64,000 nucleotides of DNA from positions 1 through 64,000 of the forward strand of contig JBFJHJ010000014.1 of NCBI GenBank assembly GCA_041613315.1, given 5' to 3'. A program made the translations under genes and the position numbers. Below are positions 45,655-55,188 of the stretch, piece by piece (position 1 is the stretch's first letter; each line of letters starts with the position of its first letter). This stretch comes from Gemmatimonadales bacterium (GTDB lineage Bacteria > Gemmatimonadota > Gemmatimonadetes > Gemmatimonadales > GWC2-71-9). Below the pieces are notes generated by a model. The model saw only the letters and a program-made list of their open reading frames with translations, made no database searches and had not been told where the DNA came from.

Positions 45655-47085
45655 ATGGATCGGTTCGATCTCATCGCGATTGGTGGCGGCACTGCGGGGC
45701 TGGTGACGGCCGCGGGCGGTGCGGCGCTGGGCCTCCGGGTGGCGCTGGTGGAGCGCGCGGCGCTGGGCGGCGATTGCCTGTGGACGGGCTGTGTGCCCAG
45801 CAAGGCGCTCATTGCGTCCGCCCGGCTCGCGCACCAGATGCGCCACGCGGACCGCTTGGGGCTCATTGGCGCGTCGCCAGCGCATGCGTTCCGCTCGGTG
45901 ATGGAGCGGATGCGGGCCGCCCGAGCGCGCGTGGCGCAGCATGACGACCCCGAGCGGTTCCGGCGAATGGGCGTGGAGGTGATCCTGGGCGCCGCTCAAG
46001 TCACGGGAGAGGGACGCGTCGCCGTGGACGGACGGACGATTGCCGGGAAGCATCTCCTGGTCGCGACGGGTGCCGAGCCGTCCGTGCCCCCGATTCCCGG
46101 TCTCGCCGAGGCCGGCTACCTCACGTATCTGGCGGCGTTCGACCAGGACACCCTGCCGCCACGGATCGCCGTGCTGGGCGGCGGGCCCATCGGGCTGGAG
46201 TTCGCGCAGCTCTATCGCCGCTTGGGCGCCGACGTGACGGTGCTGGAGATGCTGCCCCAGTTGCTGCCCCGCGAAGAGGACGAGGCGTCGGCCGTGGTCC
46301 ACGCGGCGCTCGACGCGGAAGGCATCGGTGTGCTCACCGGCGCGCGGGTCGCGGGTGTCGAGACGCAGCCGGACGGTGCAAAGGTCGTGCGCGCGGCGTG
46401 TGCGAGCGGGAATGGTGAGGCGCTGGCGGTGACGGTGGATGAGATCTTCGTCGCCACCGGCCGGCGGGCGATCGCCGATCGGCTGGGACTCGCCAGCGCG
46501 GGCGTCGAGGTCGAGCGCGGCGCGGTGACGGTGGACCCGGCGCTCCGATCGACGCGCCGTGGCGTGTGGGCCGCCGGCGATGCCGCGGGCGGCCCGCAGT
46601 TCACCCACGTGGCGGAGTATCACGCCAAGATCGTGTTACGGAACATCGTCGCGCCGTTCACCGCGAAAGTCGACTACCGCTCGGTGCCGGCCGTGACCTA
46701 TACCGATCCCGAGGTCGCCCGCGTCGGCCTCACCGAGGCCGAGGCCCGCGAGCGCTACGGCACCGTGGAGGTGTACCGCTACGCGTTCGCGGATCTGGAT
46801 CGGGCGATCGTGGACGGCCACACCGATGGGTTCGTGAAGGTGGTAACGCACGGCCGGGGCCGGATCGTGGGGGCGACCGTGGTCGCGAGCGGCGCCGGCG
46901 AGCTGCTTCAGCCGCTCGTGCTGGCGATGGCGCAGGAGATCCCGCTGCCGAAGCTGGCGCGAATGGTCTACCCCTACCCCACGATGGTGGAGGGCGTGAA
47001 GCGGACCGCCGACGGCTACTACCGCTCGAGGTTCACCGGGTGGAGGGCGCGTCTCGTGAAGCGGGTGGCACGGTGGCTGGCGTAG
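45655..47085 (+). CDS. Pyridine nucleotide-disulfide oxidoreductase (Lpd/MerA-like)
   Basis: IGGGTAG, GGDCLWTGCVPSK, GGGPIG and YPYPT. Confidence 0.9.
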   Translation: MDRFDLIAIGGGTAGLVTAAGGAALGLRVALVERAALGGDCLWTGCVPSKALIASARLAHQMRHADRLGLIGASPAHAFRSVMERMRAARARVAQHDDPERFRRMGVEVILGAAQVTGEGRVAVDGRTIAGKHLLVATGAEPSVPPIPGLAEAGYLTYLAAFDQDTLPPRIAVLGGGPIGLEFAQLYRRLGADVTVLEMLPQLLPREEDEASAVVHAALDAEGIGVLTGARVAGVETQPDGAKVVRAACASGNGEALAVTVDEIFVATGRRAIADRLGLASAGVEVERGAVTVDPALRSTRRGVWAAGDAAGGPQFTHVAEYHAKIVLRNIVAPFTAKVDYRSVPAVTYTDPEVARVGLTEAEARERYGTVEVYRYAFADLDRAIVDGHTDGFVKVVTHGRGRIVGATVVASGAGELLQPLVLAMAQEIPLPKLARMVYPYPTMVEGVKRTADGYYRSRFTGWRARLVKRVARWLA

Positions 47086-47783
47086 GCCGGGCGCGTCCGT
47101 GGCTGAAACTCGCGCTGCTCGCGGCGATGCTGGGGGTGGCGGTGATCGTGGTGCGGTTCTCTCCGGCGTCGCGCTACGTGACACAGGAAGGCGTGTTGGA
47201 CCTGCTCCGGGCGGTCAGGGGATCGGGCTGGGCGCCGGTCGTCTTCGTCGCGCTCTACGCGGGCGCCACCGCGCTGGCGTTTCCCGGATCGCTGCTCACG
47301 ATCGGCGGCGGTGCGGTGTTTGGATTCGGGTGGGGAGTGGTGTTCAACACGATCGCCGCGAACATCGGTGCCAACGCCGCCTTCGGCCTGGCGCGTGCGC
47401 TGGGGCGTGACGGGATCGAGCGACTGGTGGGGAAACGCTTGGCGGGCCTCGACCGCGCCACTCAGCGACACGGGTTCACGGGACTCCTGATCCTGCGGCT
47501 CATCCCGCTCGTCCCGTTCAATGCGCTCAACTTCGGTTCGGGGCTCACGGCCATGCGGTGGCGGGATTACGCGCTCGCCACCGTGATCGGTATCTTCCCG
47601 GGGACGCTCATCTACACCTTCTTCGCGGACGCGCTCGTGGCAGGGTCGACGGAAGCCGGCGCCGCGGCGCGGACGCGCCTGTGGATCGCCGGCGGGCTGC
47701 TCGTGGCGCTCTCGCTGGTGCCGATCATCGCGCGGCGCCTGGGGTACAAGCCACCATCGGACCGCACACACGAGGCCGCATGA
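47073..47783 (+). CDS. TVP38/DedA (SNARE-associated) membrane protein
   Basis: FPGSLLTIGGG..FG, LRLIPLVPFNALN and GIFPGT. Confidence 0.88.
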   Translation: MAGVGRARPWLKLALLAAMLGVAVIVVRFSPASRYVTQEGVLDLLRAVRGSGWAPVVFVALYAGATALAFPGSLLTIGGGAVFGFGWGVVFNTIAANIGANAAFGLARALGRDGIERLVGKRLAGLDRATQRHGFTGLLILRLIPLVPFNALNFGSGLTAMRWRDYALATVIGIFPGTLIYTFFADALVAGSTEAGAAARTRLWIAGGLLVALSLVPIIARRLGYKPPSDRTHEAA

Positions 47784-48604
47784 CTGGATGGGTTCACCGC
47801 GTGCTGCTCACCGCTGCCCTGCTCGGCGGGGCGGTGCCCGGCGTGGCGCAAGAGCTGCCCGATCCCGCGGCGTTCACCGCGGTGCTCCAGCGGTACGCAC
47901 ACGGGGACCTCGTGGATTACGCGGCCCTCCGCGCGGACCGGGCGGGGCTCGATGCCTTTGTCGCCAAGCTGGGGCGCACGGATCCCGCGGCGCTGGAGCG
48001 CGCGTCGCGCGAGACGCAGCTCGCCTTCTGGATCAATGCGTACAATGCCTGCGCGCTCACGCTGGTGATCGACCACTACCCCATCAAGCCCGCGGGCTTC
48101 CCGGCGTCGCTGGTTCGCTCGCTGCAGGGCGTGCCGGCGAACTCGATCCGACAGATCCCCGACACGTGGACGCGGACGTTCTGCCCCGTGGCCGGCGCCC
48201 CGCGGGCGCTGGACGAGATCGAGCACGAGATCCTGCGCCCCATGGGCGAGCCTCGCATTCACTTCGCGGTGAACTGCGCCTCGCGCTCGTGCCCGGTCCT
48301 CGCCACCGAGGCGTACACCGGCGAGGCGATCGACCAGCAGCTGGATGCCGCGGTGCGGCGCCTCATCGCCGATCCCCGACAGTATCGCCTGGAGCGCAAC
48401 GGCACCGCCGTCCTGCGCCTCAACAAGGTGCTCGACTGGTACAAGGACGATTTCGGCGGCACGGCCGGCGTGGTGGCGTTCCTCCGCCCGTACTTACCGG
48501 CGGACGACGCGGCGTATATCGCCACACACGGGCCGCCGACCGTGGGGTACCTGCCCTACGACTGGACGCTGAACGACACGGCGGTGTTCACATCCGGCGG
48601 CTAG
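47780..48604 (+). CDS. DUF547 protein
   Basis: VDYAAL, AFWINAYNA, IEHEILR, RIHFAVNCASRSCP and YDWTLN. Confidence 0.92.
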   Translation: MTGWVHRVLLTAALLGGAVPGVAQELPDPAAFTAVLQRYAHGDLVDYAALRADRAGLDAFVAKLGRTDPAALERASRETQLAFWINAYNACALTLVIDHYPIKPAGFPASLVRSLQGVPANSIRQIPDTWTRTFCPVAGAPRALDEIEHEILRPMGEPRIHFAVNCASRSCPVLATEAYTGEAIDQQLDAAVRRLIADPRQYRLERNGTAVLRLNKVLDWYKDDFGGTAGVVAFLRPYLPADDAAYIATHGPPTVGYLPYDWTLNDTAVFTSGG

Positions 48605-48606
48605 CC

Positions 48607-49293
48607 GTGCCCCCGCTCGGCGTCGTCATTCCCACTCTCAACGAGGAGCCTTACCTCCCGGGTCTGTTGGACGATCTCGGCCGGCTCGCCGTGCCGGCGG
48701 ATGTCGTCGTGGTCGATGGCGGCTCGACGGACGGCACCGTCGCCGTCGCCCGGCGACACGGTGCCCGAACGGTGACGGCGGCGCGTGGGCGCGCGACGCA
48801 GATGAACGTCGGCGCACAGATCGTGGCGGGCGATTGGCTGTGCTTTCTTCACGCCGACGTGCGGCTGATCGACGATGCCCGGCGGGAGCTTGCGCTCGCC
48901 GTCGAGGGGGGGGACCTCCAGGTCGGGGTCTGGCGTCTGGCGATCGAGGGGGCCGGTGTGGCGCTCCGCGTGATGGAACTCGGGGCCTGGGTGAGGGACC
49001 GTCTGGGCGGTCTCCCGTACGGCGACCAGGGACTCGTGGTGCGACGGGATCTGTTTGCGGCGGTCGGCGGCTTCGCCGGGATTCCGATCATGGAGGATGT
49101 GGCGATGGTGCGGGCGTTGCGGCGGCGCGCCCGCGTGCACCGGTTCCGCTCCGCGGTGCGGGTGTCGCCTCGGCGGTGGCGGCGGCAGGGCCCGTGGCGC
49201 ACATGGCTGCAGAACATCGCGCTCCTTGCCGGCTACCTCGCCGGCGTCTCACCCCAGCGGTTGTCGCGCTGGTATCCGCCCGAGCCCCGATGA
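48607..49293 (+). CDS. GT2 glycosyltransferase (TIGR04283-like)
   Basis: VIPTLNE, VDGGSTD, GRATQMNVGA, FLHAD, YGDQG and IMED. Confidence 0.9.
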   Translation: MPPLGVVIPTLNEEPYLPGLLDDLGRLAVPADVVVVDGGSTDGTVAVARRHGARTVTAARGRATQMNVGAQIVAGDWLCFLHADVRLIDDARRELALAVEGGDLQVGVWRLAIEGAGVALRVMELGAWVRDRLGGLPYGDQGLVVRRDLFAAVGGFAGIPIMEDVAMVRALRRRARVHRFRSAVRVSPRRWRRQGPWRTWLQNIALLAGYLAGVSPQRLSRWYPPEPR

Positions 49294-49883
49294 CCGCGGT
49301 CCTGTTGTTCGCCAAAGCGCCGCGGCCGGGGCGGGTCAAGACGCGCCTGGCGGCGGAGATCGGAGAGGCCGCGGCGGTCGCGGCGTATCGGGCGGTGGGC
49401 GCGCGTGTGTCGTCACAGGTAGGAGCGCGGTACCCGCTCACAGTCTGGTACGATCCCCCCGACGCACTGGAAGAGATGCGTGACTGGCTCGGCGATTGGG
49501 TGTACCGGCCGCAACGCGGCGCCGACCTCGGCGAGCGGCTCAGGCACGCCTTCGCGGCCCACTTTGCAGACGGGGACGCGCCGGTGCTCGCGATCGGGGC
49601 GGACGCGCCTGACGTCCGCGCCGACACTATCGCGGCGGCCCACGCGGCGCTGGCGACCGCGGATGTGGTTCTGGGACCGGCCGTCGACGGCGGGTACTAC
49701 CTGATCGGCTTGGCGCGGGACCAGCCGGGGGTGTTTGCTGGCGTGCCGTGGGGTGGGGCGGACGTGATGCGGGTCACACTCCATCGCTGCCGGCGTCTCG
49801 GGGTGCGCGTGCGACGACTCCCCGTCCTGCGCGACCTCGATACGGTCGCCGATCTCCGCACATTTGGTGATTTTCTACCTTGA
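49290..49883 (+). CDS. DUF2064 / TIGR04282-like transferase
   Basis: FAKAPRPGRVKTRL, DLGERL, IGAD.P, GPAVDGGYYLIG and DLDT. Confidence 0.9.
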   Translation: MTAVLLFAKAPRPGRVKTRLAAEIGEAAAVAAYRAVGARVSSQVGARYPLTVWYDPPDALEEMRDWLGDWVYRPQRGADLGERLRHAFAAHFADGDAPVLAIGADAPDVRADTIAAAHAALATADVVLGPAVDGGYYLIGLARDQPGVFAGVPWGGADVMRVTLHRCRRLGVRVRRLPVLRDLDTVADLRTFGDFLP

Positions 49884-49954
49884 CCCAACCCGTTGCGGGG
49901 ACGCATATTGCCAAACCCGCCCTAGCGCGACGGACCCGAGCGAGGTGTTGGACG

Positions 49955-50200
49955 ATGGCGTGGAGAGTGATCGAGGCTGGTGAGGAAGTCTGGCATGTGC
50001 AACCCGCCGCCGAAATGCGCCCCGACGTGCGAATGTGGCGGCTGATGCTCTCCTTTCGCGCGCAAGCCAGTTCCCGCGAGCGTGAATCGTTCTGGGCGCC
50101 CTACCCGCTCGAGTCGAGCTCGAAGTCCTCGCTGTTCCAAGCCGCGGACCGTATCTCGAACGACGCCCTGAAGGAAGTCCTCGCACAACATCTCGGCTGA
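49955..50200 (+). CDS. Hypothetical protein
   Basis: RBS GAGGTG; globular-looking 81-aa ORF. Confidence 0.65.
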   Translation: MAWRVIEAGEEVWHVQPAAEMRPDVRMWRLMLSFRAQASSRERESFWAPYPLESSSKSSLFQAADRISNDALKEVLAQHLG

Positions 50201-50215
50201 GCGTCAGGGCGCCGC

Positions 50216-50473
50216 GTGTCCGTCACACCCGTTCAGGATCTGCGACGCATCGCCGAGGCCGTGGAGCAGCTCCACGGGCGCACCGTCCACGACGTCGAGA
50301 TCCGCTCCGACTGTCGGGTGCTGCGGGTGCTGCTCACCGACGGCGAGCAGCTCCTGGTGTCGGTGGTGGTCGACGATACCGGGAAGCCGCGGCTGGACAT
50401 CGATCTACTGCACGCGGTAGACGACGCGGCGGCGCAGGGGCAACTCGAGGTCCGGTTCCAGGACCTCGACTAG
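50216..50473 (+). CDS. Hypothetical protein
   Basis: Operonic spacing; host-like codon usage. Confidence 0.65.
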   Translation: MSVTPVQDLRRIAEAVEQLHGRTVHDVEIRSDCRVLRVLLTDGEQLLVSVVVDDTGKPRLDIDLLHAVDDAAAQGQLEVRFQDLD

Positions 50474-50492
50474 CGGGTGGCACGGAGGCGGC

Positions 50493-50912
50493 ATGACGGT
50501 GGGCGCTCCTCGGCGCGAACGCGTCCGGTTTCTCGAGTTCGAGTTCAACCGTCTTCCGAGCGGGCGCTGCCGGTCACGGGTGGTGCTGGAGCGCCACGCC
50601 GGCGAGAGCTTCGTCGGCACGGCGGAGGGGTTGGGCTCCCAGGCGGGTGAGCTGCGCTGCGCGGCGCAGGCCGCGGCGAAGGCGCTCGAACGCGCGGTGG
50701 ACAACAAGCTCACCTTCGAGCTGCTGGGAGTAAAGGCGGTGCGCGCCTTCGATGCCATGGTGGTGATCGTGTCGCTGTCGTGTCACAACGGGACACCGCC
50801 GACGCGACTCGTGGGGTCCTGCCTCTCGGAGCATGACCACCACCGGTGTGCGGCGCTGGCGGTGCTGAATGCCACGAACCGGCTCCTCGGCAACATGATC
50901 TTCATGCGGTAG
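50493..50912 (+). CDS. Hypothetical protein with an internal twofold beta-beta-alpha repeat
   Basis: RBS GGAGG; FVGTAEG..RCAAQA and LVGSCL..RCAALA. Confidence 0.72.
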   Translation: MTVGAPRRERVRFLEFEFNRLPSGRCRSRVVLERHAGESFVGTAEGLGSQAGELRCAAQAAAKALERAVDNKLTFELLGVKAVRAFDAMVVIVSLSCHNGTPPTRLVGSCLSEHDHHRCAALAVLNATNRLLGNMIFMR

Positions 50913-50917
50913 CGACG

Positions 50918-52465
50918 ATGGCAACCAGGATGTATCGAGACATGTGGCGCATGGTGGTCGCGACGACCGGTGTCGCGGTCGCCGCCGCCTGTGCCGGCGG
51001 GGCCCACGACGCGGCCCTGGCGCCGGCGGGCGGGGGCATGGCCGTGCTCGGCGATTCCATCGGGCTGGACGCCGCCTGGCCCGTCACGCCCGAGGACTCC
51101 GCCGCGGACGAGGCCGCGCTGCTCGCCATCCAGGCGCTCGAGTTCAAGAGCCTCGCCAAGGGTGCAGAGCACGTTCGCGGGATCGTCTCGGCGCCGGCGA
51201 CTCTGTCGCACGATGCCGTCACGGGCGTGCTGCGGCTGGGAGACGGCCCCCGTGGAGGAGCGGCCAGCGCGTCGGGGCCGAACTACGACATCGACGTCGA
51301 GTCGTTCCTCGACCACGACCGCGTTCAGTACTACATCGACTATTTCCTCGACCCCACCCGCGAGCGCTTCGAGATCTGGCTGGGGCGCCTCGTGCGCTAC
51401 GAGGGCATGATTCGCGCGCGGTTCCGGGCGCTGGGCGTCCCCGAGGACATGGTGTATCTCGGGATCATCGAGAGCGGCTACTCGAACACCGCGGTGTCCC
51501 GCGCGAGCGCCGTCGGCATGTGGCAGTTCATTGCGTCTACGGCCCGCCGCTACGGCCTCATCGTCGACCAGTGGGTGGACGAACGCCGCGACCCGTTCAA
51601 GGCGACCGACGCCGCCGGCCGGTATCTGGCGGACCTGAACCGACAGTTCGGGTCGTGGTACCTTGCTGCCGCTGCGTACAACGGCGGGGAGGGCCGGGTG
51701 TCCCGCGGGATTCGCCGCCTCGCCGGCGATCCGGACTCGCTCACCGACGAGACGTTCTTCCACCTCGCGGAGCGGCGCTACCTGCGACGCGAGACGCGGG
51801 ACTATGTGCCGAAGCTGATCGCGGCGGCGCTCATCGCGAAGGACCCGGTCCGCTTCGGTTTCGACAGCGTCCCCGAACTCCAGCCGCTGGTCTTCGACGA
51901 GATCACCGTGCCCGACGCCACGGGGCTCGACGTCATCGCGCGGCTGGCGGACACGACGACCGGGGCGCTCGTGGAGCTGAACCCGCACCTCGTGCGGCGC
52001 GTGTCCCCCCCAGGGCGCCCGTCCATCGTCCGCGTGCCGCGCGGCACCGGGCCCCTCGTGGCCCGACGCTACGTGGACCTCCCGGAGAGCGAGCGCGTGA
52101 ACTTCGTCGAGCACGTGGTGCGGCGGGGTGAGACGCTCTCGGAGATCGGACGGCGCTACCGCGTGGGCGTGATGCTGCTCCGCGCGGCCAACGGGAATGT
52201 CGACCCGCGCCGGTTGCGGATCGGGCAGCGCCTCATCATCCCGCTGAGCGTCGACGGCCGGGAACGGGCGGTGTCGGGGCGTGCCCCGGCGCCCGCTCCG
52301 GGCGTGCCCGGCGTGACGTATCACATCGTGCGCCGCGGGGAGTCGCTCTGGGCGATCTCGCGCCGCTACGGGATCGGTGTCAACGACCTGCAGCGCTGGA
52401 ACGGGATTGGCGCAAGCGAGGTGCTACGGGTCGGCCGGCGGCTACGGGTGGCTCCGCCGGGATAA
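50918..52465 (+). CDS. MltD-like lytic transglycosylase with two LysM domains (lipoprotein)
   Basis: IESGY, GMWQF, DERRDP, AYNGGEG and ETRDYVPK; HVVRRGETL and HIVRRGESL. Confidence 0.93.
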   Translation: MATRMYRDMWRMVVATTGVAVAAACAGGAHDAALAPAGGGMAVLGDSIGLDAAWPVTPEDSAADEAALLAIQALEFKSLAKGAEHVRGIVSAPATLSHDAVTGVLRLGDGPRGGAASASGPNYDIDVESFLDHDRVQYYIDYFLDPTRERFEIWLGRLVRYEGMIRARFRALGVPEDMVYLGIIESGYSNTAVSRASAVGMWQFIASTARRYGLIVDQWVDERRDPFKATDAAGRYLADLNRQFGSWYLAAAAYNGGEGRVSRGIRRLAGDPDSLTDETFFHLAERRYLRRETRDYVPKLIAAALIAKDPVRFGFDSVPELQPLVFDEITVPDATGLDVIARLADTTTGALVELNPHLVRRVSPPGRPSIVRVPRGTGPLVARRYVDLPESERVNFVEHVVRRGETLSEIGRRYRVGVMLLRAANGNVDPRRLRIGQRLIIPLSVDGRERAVSGRAPAPAPGVPGVTYHIVRRGESLWAISRRYGIGVNDLQRWNGIGASEVLRVGRRLRVAPPG

Positions 52466-52469
52466 GCGT

Positions 52470-52511
52470 GACGAAAAGGAGGGGCGCGCCGGGCGCGGCC
52501 CCCCCTTCGTC
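52470..52511. terminator. Imperfect stem-loop between convergent genes
   Basis: gacgaaaaggaggggc...gcccccccttcgtc. Confidence 0.5.
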
Positions 52512-52512
52512 C

Positions 52513-53223
52513 TCACTGCAGTCCCGGATAGTCCTTCATGATCCTCGACGCATAACCATTGCGCGGATCCTTCCCCGCATCCATCAGGTTCTTCAGACGG
52601 GTCGGCCCGCGGTTGTAGGCCAACAGGGCCAGGTTCACGTCGCCGTACACCTCGATCAGATCCCGCAGGTAACGGAACCCGATCTGCAGGTTCGTCGTCG
52701 GATCAAAGAGACGCTCGGGCGTGATACTCGGCTCGTAGAACCGCGCCGTGGCGGGAATGACCTGTGCCAGGCCCAGCGCACCGGCCGAGCTGCGCGCCCG
52801 CGGGTAGAACCGGCTTTCGAGATTCACCAGGCGGAACGCCAACTCCGGCTCGATGCCTTCCCGGAGCGCGACGTCGTAAATCAATCCCGCCAAGTCGCCC
52901 GGGACCTGGTACCGCGCGGAATAGTCGAGCACGGCCTCGGCCCGCTCCAGCTTCATGCGGGTCAACTCGAGCTCGCCCGTGGTGGTGTCCAAGGTCTGCC
53001 GCAACTTGCGGAACTCCGAGCGTACCGCCGTGCCCGTGTACATGGCGGCGTCGGAGGCGGCCACGGCACGGTTCGCCTGGCCGCCCACGAGGCCGGCCAG
53101 GAGCACCACGCCCGTCAGCACGCCCAGACCGCGCAGCGTGAGCTGCTGCGTCGCGGAGAGTCGTTCCCACTGGGCGGTGCCCGCCCCGCGGAGGCTGCTC
53201 ATCAGACGATATAGAGTCATCAT
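52513..53223 (-). CDS. SLT-domain lytic transglycosylase
   Basis: LESRF, GALGLAQV and LAYNRGP; N-terminal TM plus coiled coil. Confidence 0.9.
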   Translation of the reverse strand: MMTLYRLMSSLRGAGTAQWERLSATQQLTLRGLGVLTGVVLLAGLVGGQANRAVAASDAAMYTGTAVRSEFRKLRQTLDTTTGELELTRMKLERAEAVLDYSARYQVPGDLAGLIYDVALREGIEPELAFRLVNLESRFYPRARSSAGALGLAQVIPATARFYEPSITPERLFDPTTNLQIGFRYLRDLIEVYGDVNLALLAYNRGPTRLKNLMDAGKDPRNGYASRIMKDYPGLQ

Positions 53224-53708
53224 GCGCTATGCCCTTCGTTGCGGTTCCAGTTGCCCTTGCTGCCACCGGTCTTCTCTAGCAGCCGGACCGGCCCGATCTC
53301 CATGCCGTGTCCGGCCGCCTTGAGCATGTCGTACACCGTAAGGAGCGCCACGGCGACCGCCGTCAAGGCCTCCATCTCCACCCCCGTGCGGCCCGCCGTC
53401 TTGGCGGCAGCCTCCACCCGGACCCCCGGCAGGCCCTCGTCGAGCGTGGCGGAGACCTCCACGTGGTCGAGGGGGAGGGGGTGGCACAGCGGGATCAGCT
53501 CCGCCGTCCGCTTGGCCCCCATGGTCCCTGCCAGCTCCGCCGTCGTCAAGACGTTCCCCTTGGGTCCGGAGTTTCGCCGAACCGCCTTCACGGCTTCCGG
53601 CCCCAGCCGGATCCACCCCTCGGCCCGCGCCGTGCGCGCCGTGACCGGCTTGCCCCCGACGTCGACCATATGAGGGCGCCCTTCCCGGTCGATGTGTGAA
53701 AGCGTCAC
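53220..53708 (-). CDS. moaC: Cyclic pyranopterin monophosphate synthase
   Basis: LSH..G..MVDV, LIPLCHPL, TGVEMEAL and KTGG. Confidence 0.96.
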   Translation of the reverse strand: MTLSHIDREGRPHMVDVGGKPVTARTARAEGWIRLGPEAVKAVRRNSGPKGNVLTTAELAGTMGAKRTAELIPLCHPLPLDHVEVSATLDEGLPGVRVEAAAKTAGRTGVEMEALTAVAVALLTVYDMLKAAGHGMEIGPVRLLEKTGGSKGNWNRNEGHSA

Positions 53709-54757
53709 AGGACGCGCTCCAGTTCCCGGGCCAGAACCGCGAGCCCCAGTTGTGGGTTCACGTTCCCCTGTGCAGTCGCTCGGGCCTCCTCCACCTGCCG
53801 GAGTCCCTCAACCAGGCCCGGCACCCGCTCGCCGCCCTCAGCCGCGCTCCGCTCGAGCTCGGCCCGCAACCGCACCGCCAGGGCGTCGAGCGTCGCGCTA
53901 TAGTCCCCCCGAGCGGCCCAGGGCCGCTGCGCCAACACCTGCGGGAGCCACGCCGTTGGTCCGGTGCGGATCGCCGCCAACAGCTCGCCCCCGGCGCGGT
54001 CGGCCCCGCTGTCATCGTCCGCCCAGAGCGCCCGGCCGATGCTTCCCTCGGCCAGCAGCACGCGGCGGTCGAGCGCCACGCCCGCGAGCGGCGGCTCCGG
54101 CTCCCGCGAGAGGAACTCCCGCACCGCCTCGTCCGCCACCCGGGGCACCCTGAGGGGCACGACCCGTGACCGGATGGTCGGCAACAGCGCCTGCGCGTCG
54201 GCCGCCGTCAGGATGACCGTGGTGTTGGCCGGCGGTTCCTCCAGGACCTTGAGGAGCGCGTTCGCCGCCTCCGGACTTGCCTCCTGGACGACCAGCCGTT
54301 CGGCGTCACCCACGACGATCACCTTGCGGGACGCGACGAACGGCGTCAGCCCCACCACCCGCTGCAGCCACCGGACGGATGCCAGACCATGGCTCGCCAT
54401 GCCGTCCGGGGGCCGCCAGAACCCGTTACGGCGCTCCGCCAGCGCCTCGCCAAGCGCCTCCCGCGCTTCCTCCACCTGCTTGTCCGAATCCCCCACCTTG
54501 GGCCGCGGGATCGGCACGAACCAATGAAGGTCCGGGTGGCTCAACGTTGCCGTCCGCCCACAGGCTCCACACGAGCCGCACGCGGCGCCGGCGCCCTCAT
54601 CACAGAGCAACCCTTGTGCCACCCACAGCGCCAGGCGCTGCTTCCCTACCCCTGATGGCCCTACAAAGAGGGCCGTTTGCGGGAACCGGCTGGCGGCAAG
54701 GGTGCCGGCCAGCCGGTGCAATACGGTCTCATGACCGTAGATTGCCCGTAAACTCAT
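53705..54757 (-). CDS. holB: DNA polymerase III delta-prime subunit
   Basis: GPSGVGK, CGSCGAC, HPDL, AANALLKVLEEPP and LLPTIRSR. Confidence 0.9.
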   Translation of the reverse strand: MSLRAIYGHETVLHRLAGTLAASRFPQTALFVGPSGVGKQRLALWVAQGLLCDEGAGAACGSCGACGRTATLSHPDLHWFVPIPRPKVGDSDKQVEEAREALGEALAERRNGFWRPPDGMASHGLASVRWLQRVVGLTPFVASRKVIVVGDAERLVVQEASPEAANALLKVLEEPPANTTVILTAADAQALLPTIRSRVVPLRVPRVADEAVREFLSREPEPPLAGVALDRRVLLAEGSIGRALWADDDSGADRAGGELLAAIRTGPTAWLPQVLAQRPWAARGDYSATLDALAVRLRAELERSAAEGGERVPGLVEGLRQVEEARATAQGNVNPQLGLAVLARELERVL

Positions 54758-54873
54758 GATGCCAAATGTACCCCAAGGCCCCGTCAACAGACAATTGGAC
54801 AGTAACAAGTCGTTATACGACATCGAGATACGTACTCGATTTCGGCCGAATTCCATGCCTGTCATCTCCGTGT

Positions 54874-54927
54874 TTGACATATGTGAGTGCTCACTTTGAT
54901 AGCTAGGGCGTGTGAGCAGGGGCTCAC
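54874..54927 (+). promoter_or_regulatory. Sigma70-like -35 (TTGACA) with tandem GTGAG..CTCAC operator-like palindromes
   Basis: TTGACAtatGTGAGTGCTCACttt and GTGAGC-aggg-GCTCAC. Confidence 0.5.
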
Positions 54928-55188
54928 TGCCTCGATGCCGCGTGCTGGCTGTCTCAGCACTGTCATGATGAGAGCTGGTTTGAGTGCGGCTTACGGGCGC
55001 CTCCGGCCGCCACGTTTCGAGACCCGAAGATTCACCGTAGATCGTTAGCGCCGAACGCAAAACGCGGCAGATCGTGGCACCCGCTGCGGAGCCTCTCGAC
55101 ACCGGAATCGGCCTTGCGCAGGGTCACGCCGGGCCGAGAAGTTCCGTCCAATGACGCCGTCTGGCGATCGGTCTCGAGGAGGTGCGTT

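Noticed and set aside
45655..47085. Mercuric reductase merA
   Set aside because: No C-terminal Cys-Cys, no NmerA domain and no mer genes
54760..55100. Replication origin, or an N-terminal extension of holB
   Set aside because: No DnaA boxes seen; HolB similarity starts at ATG 54757
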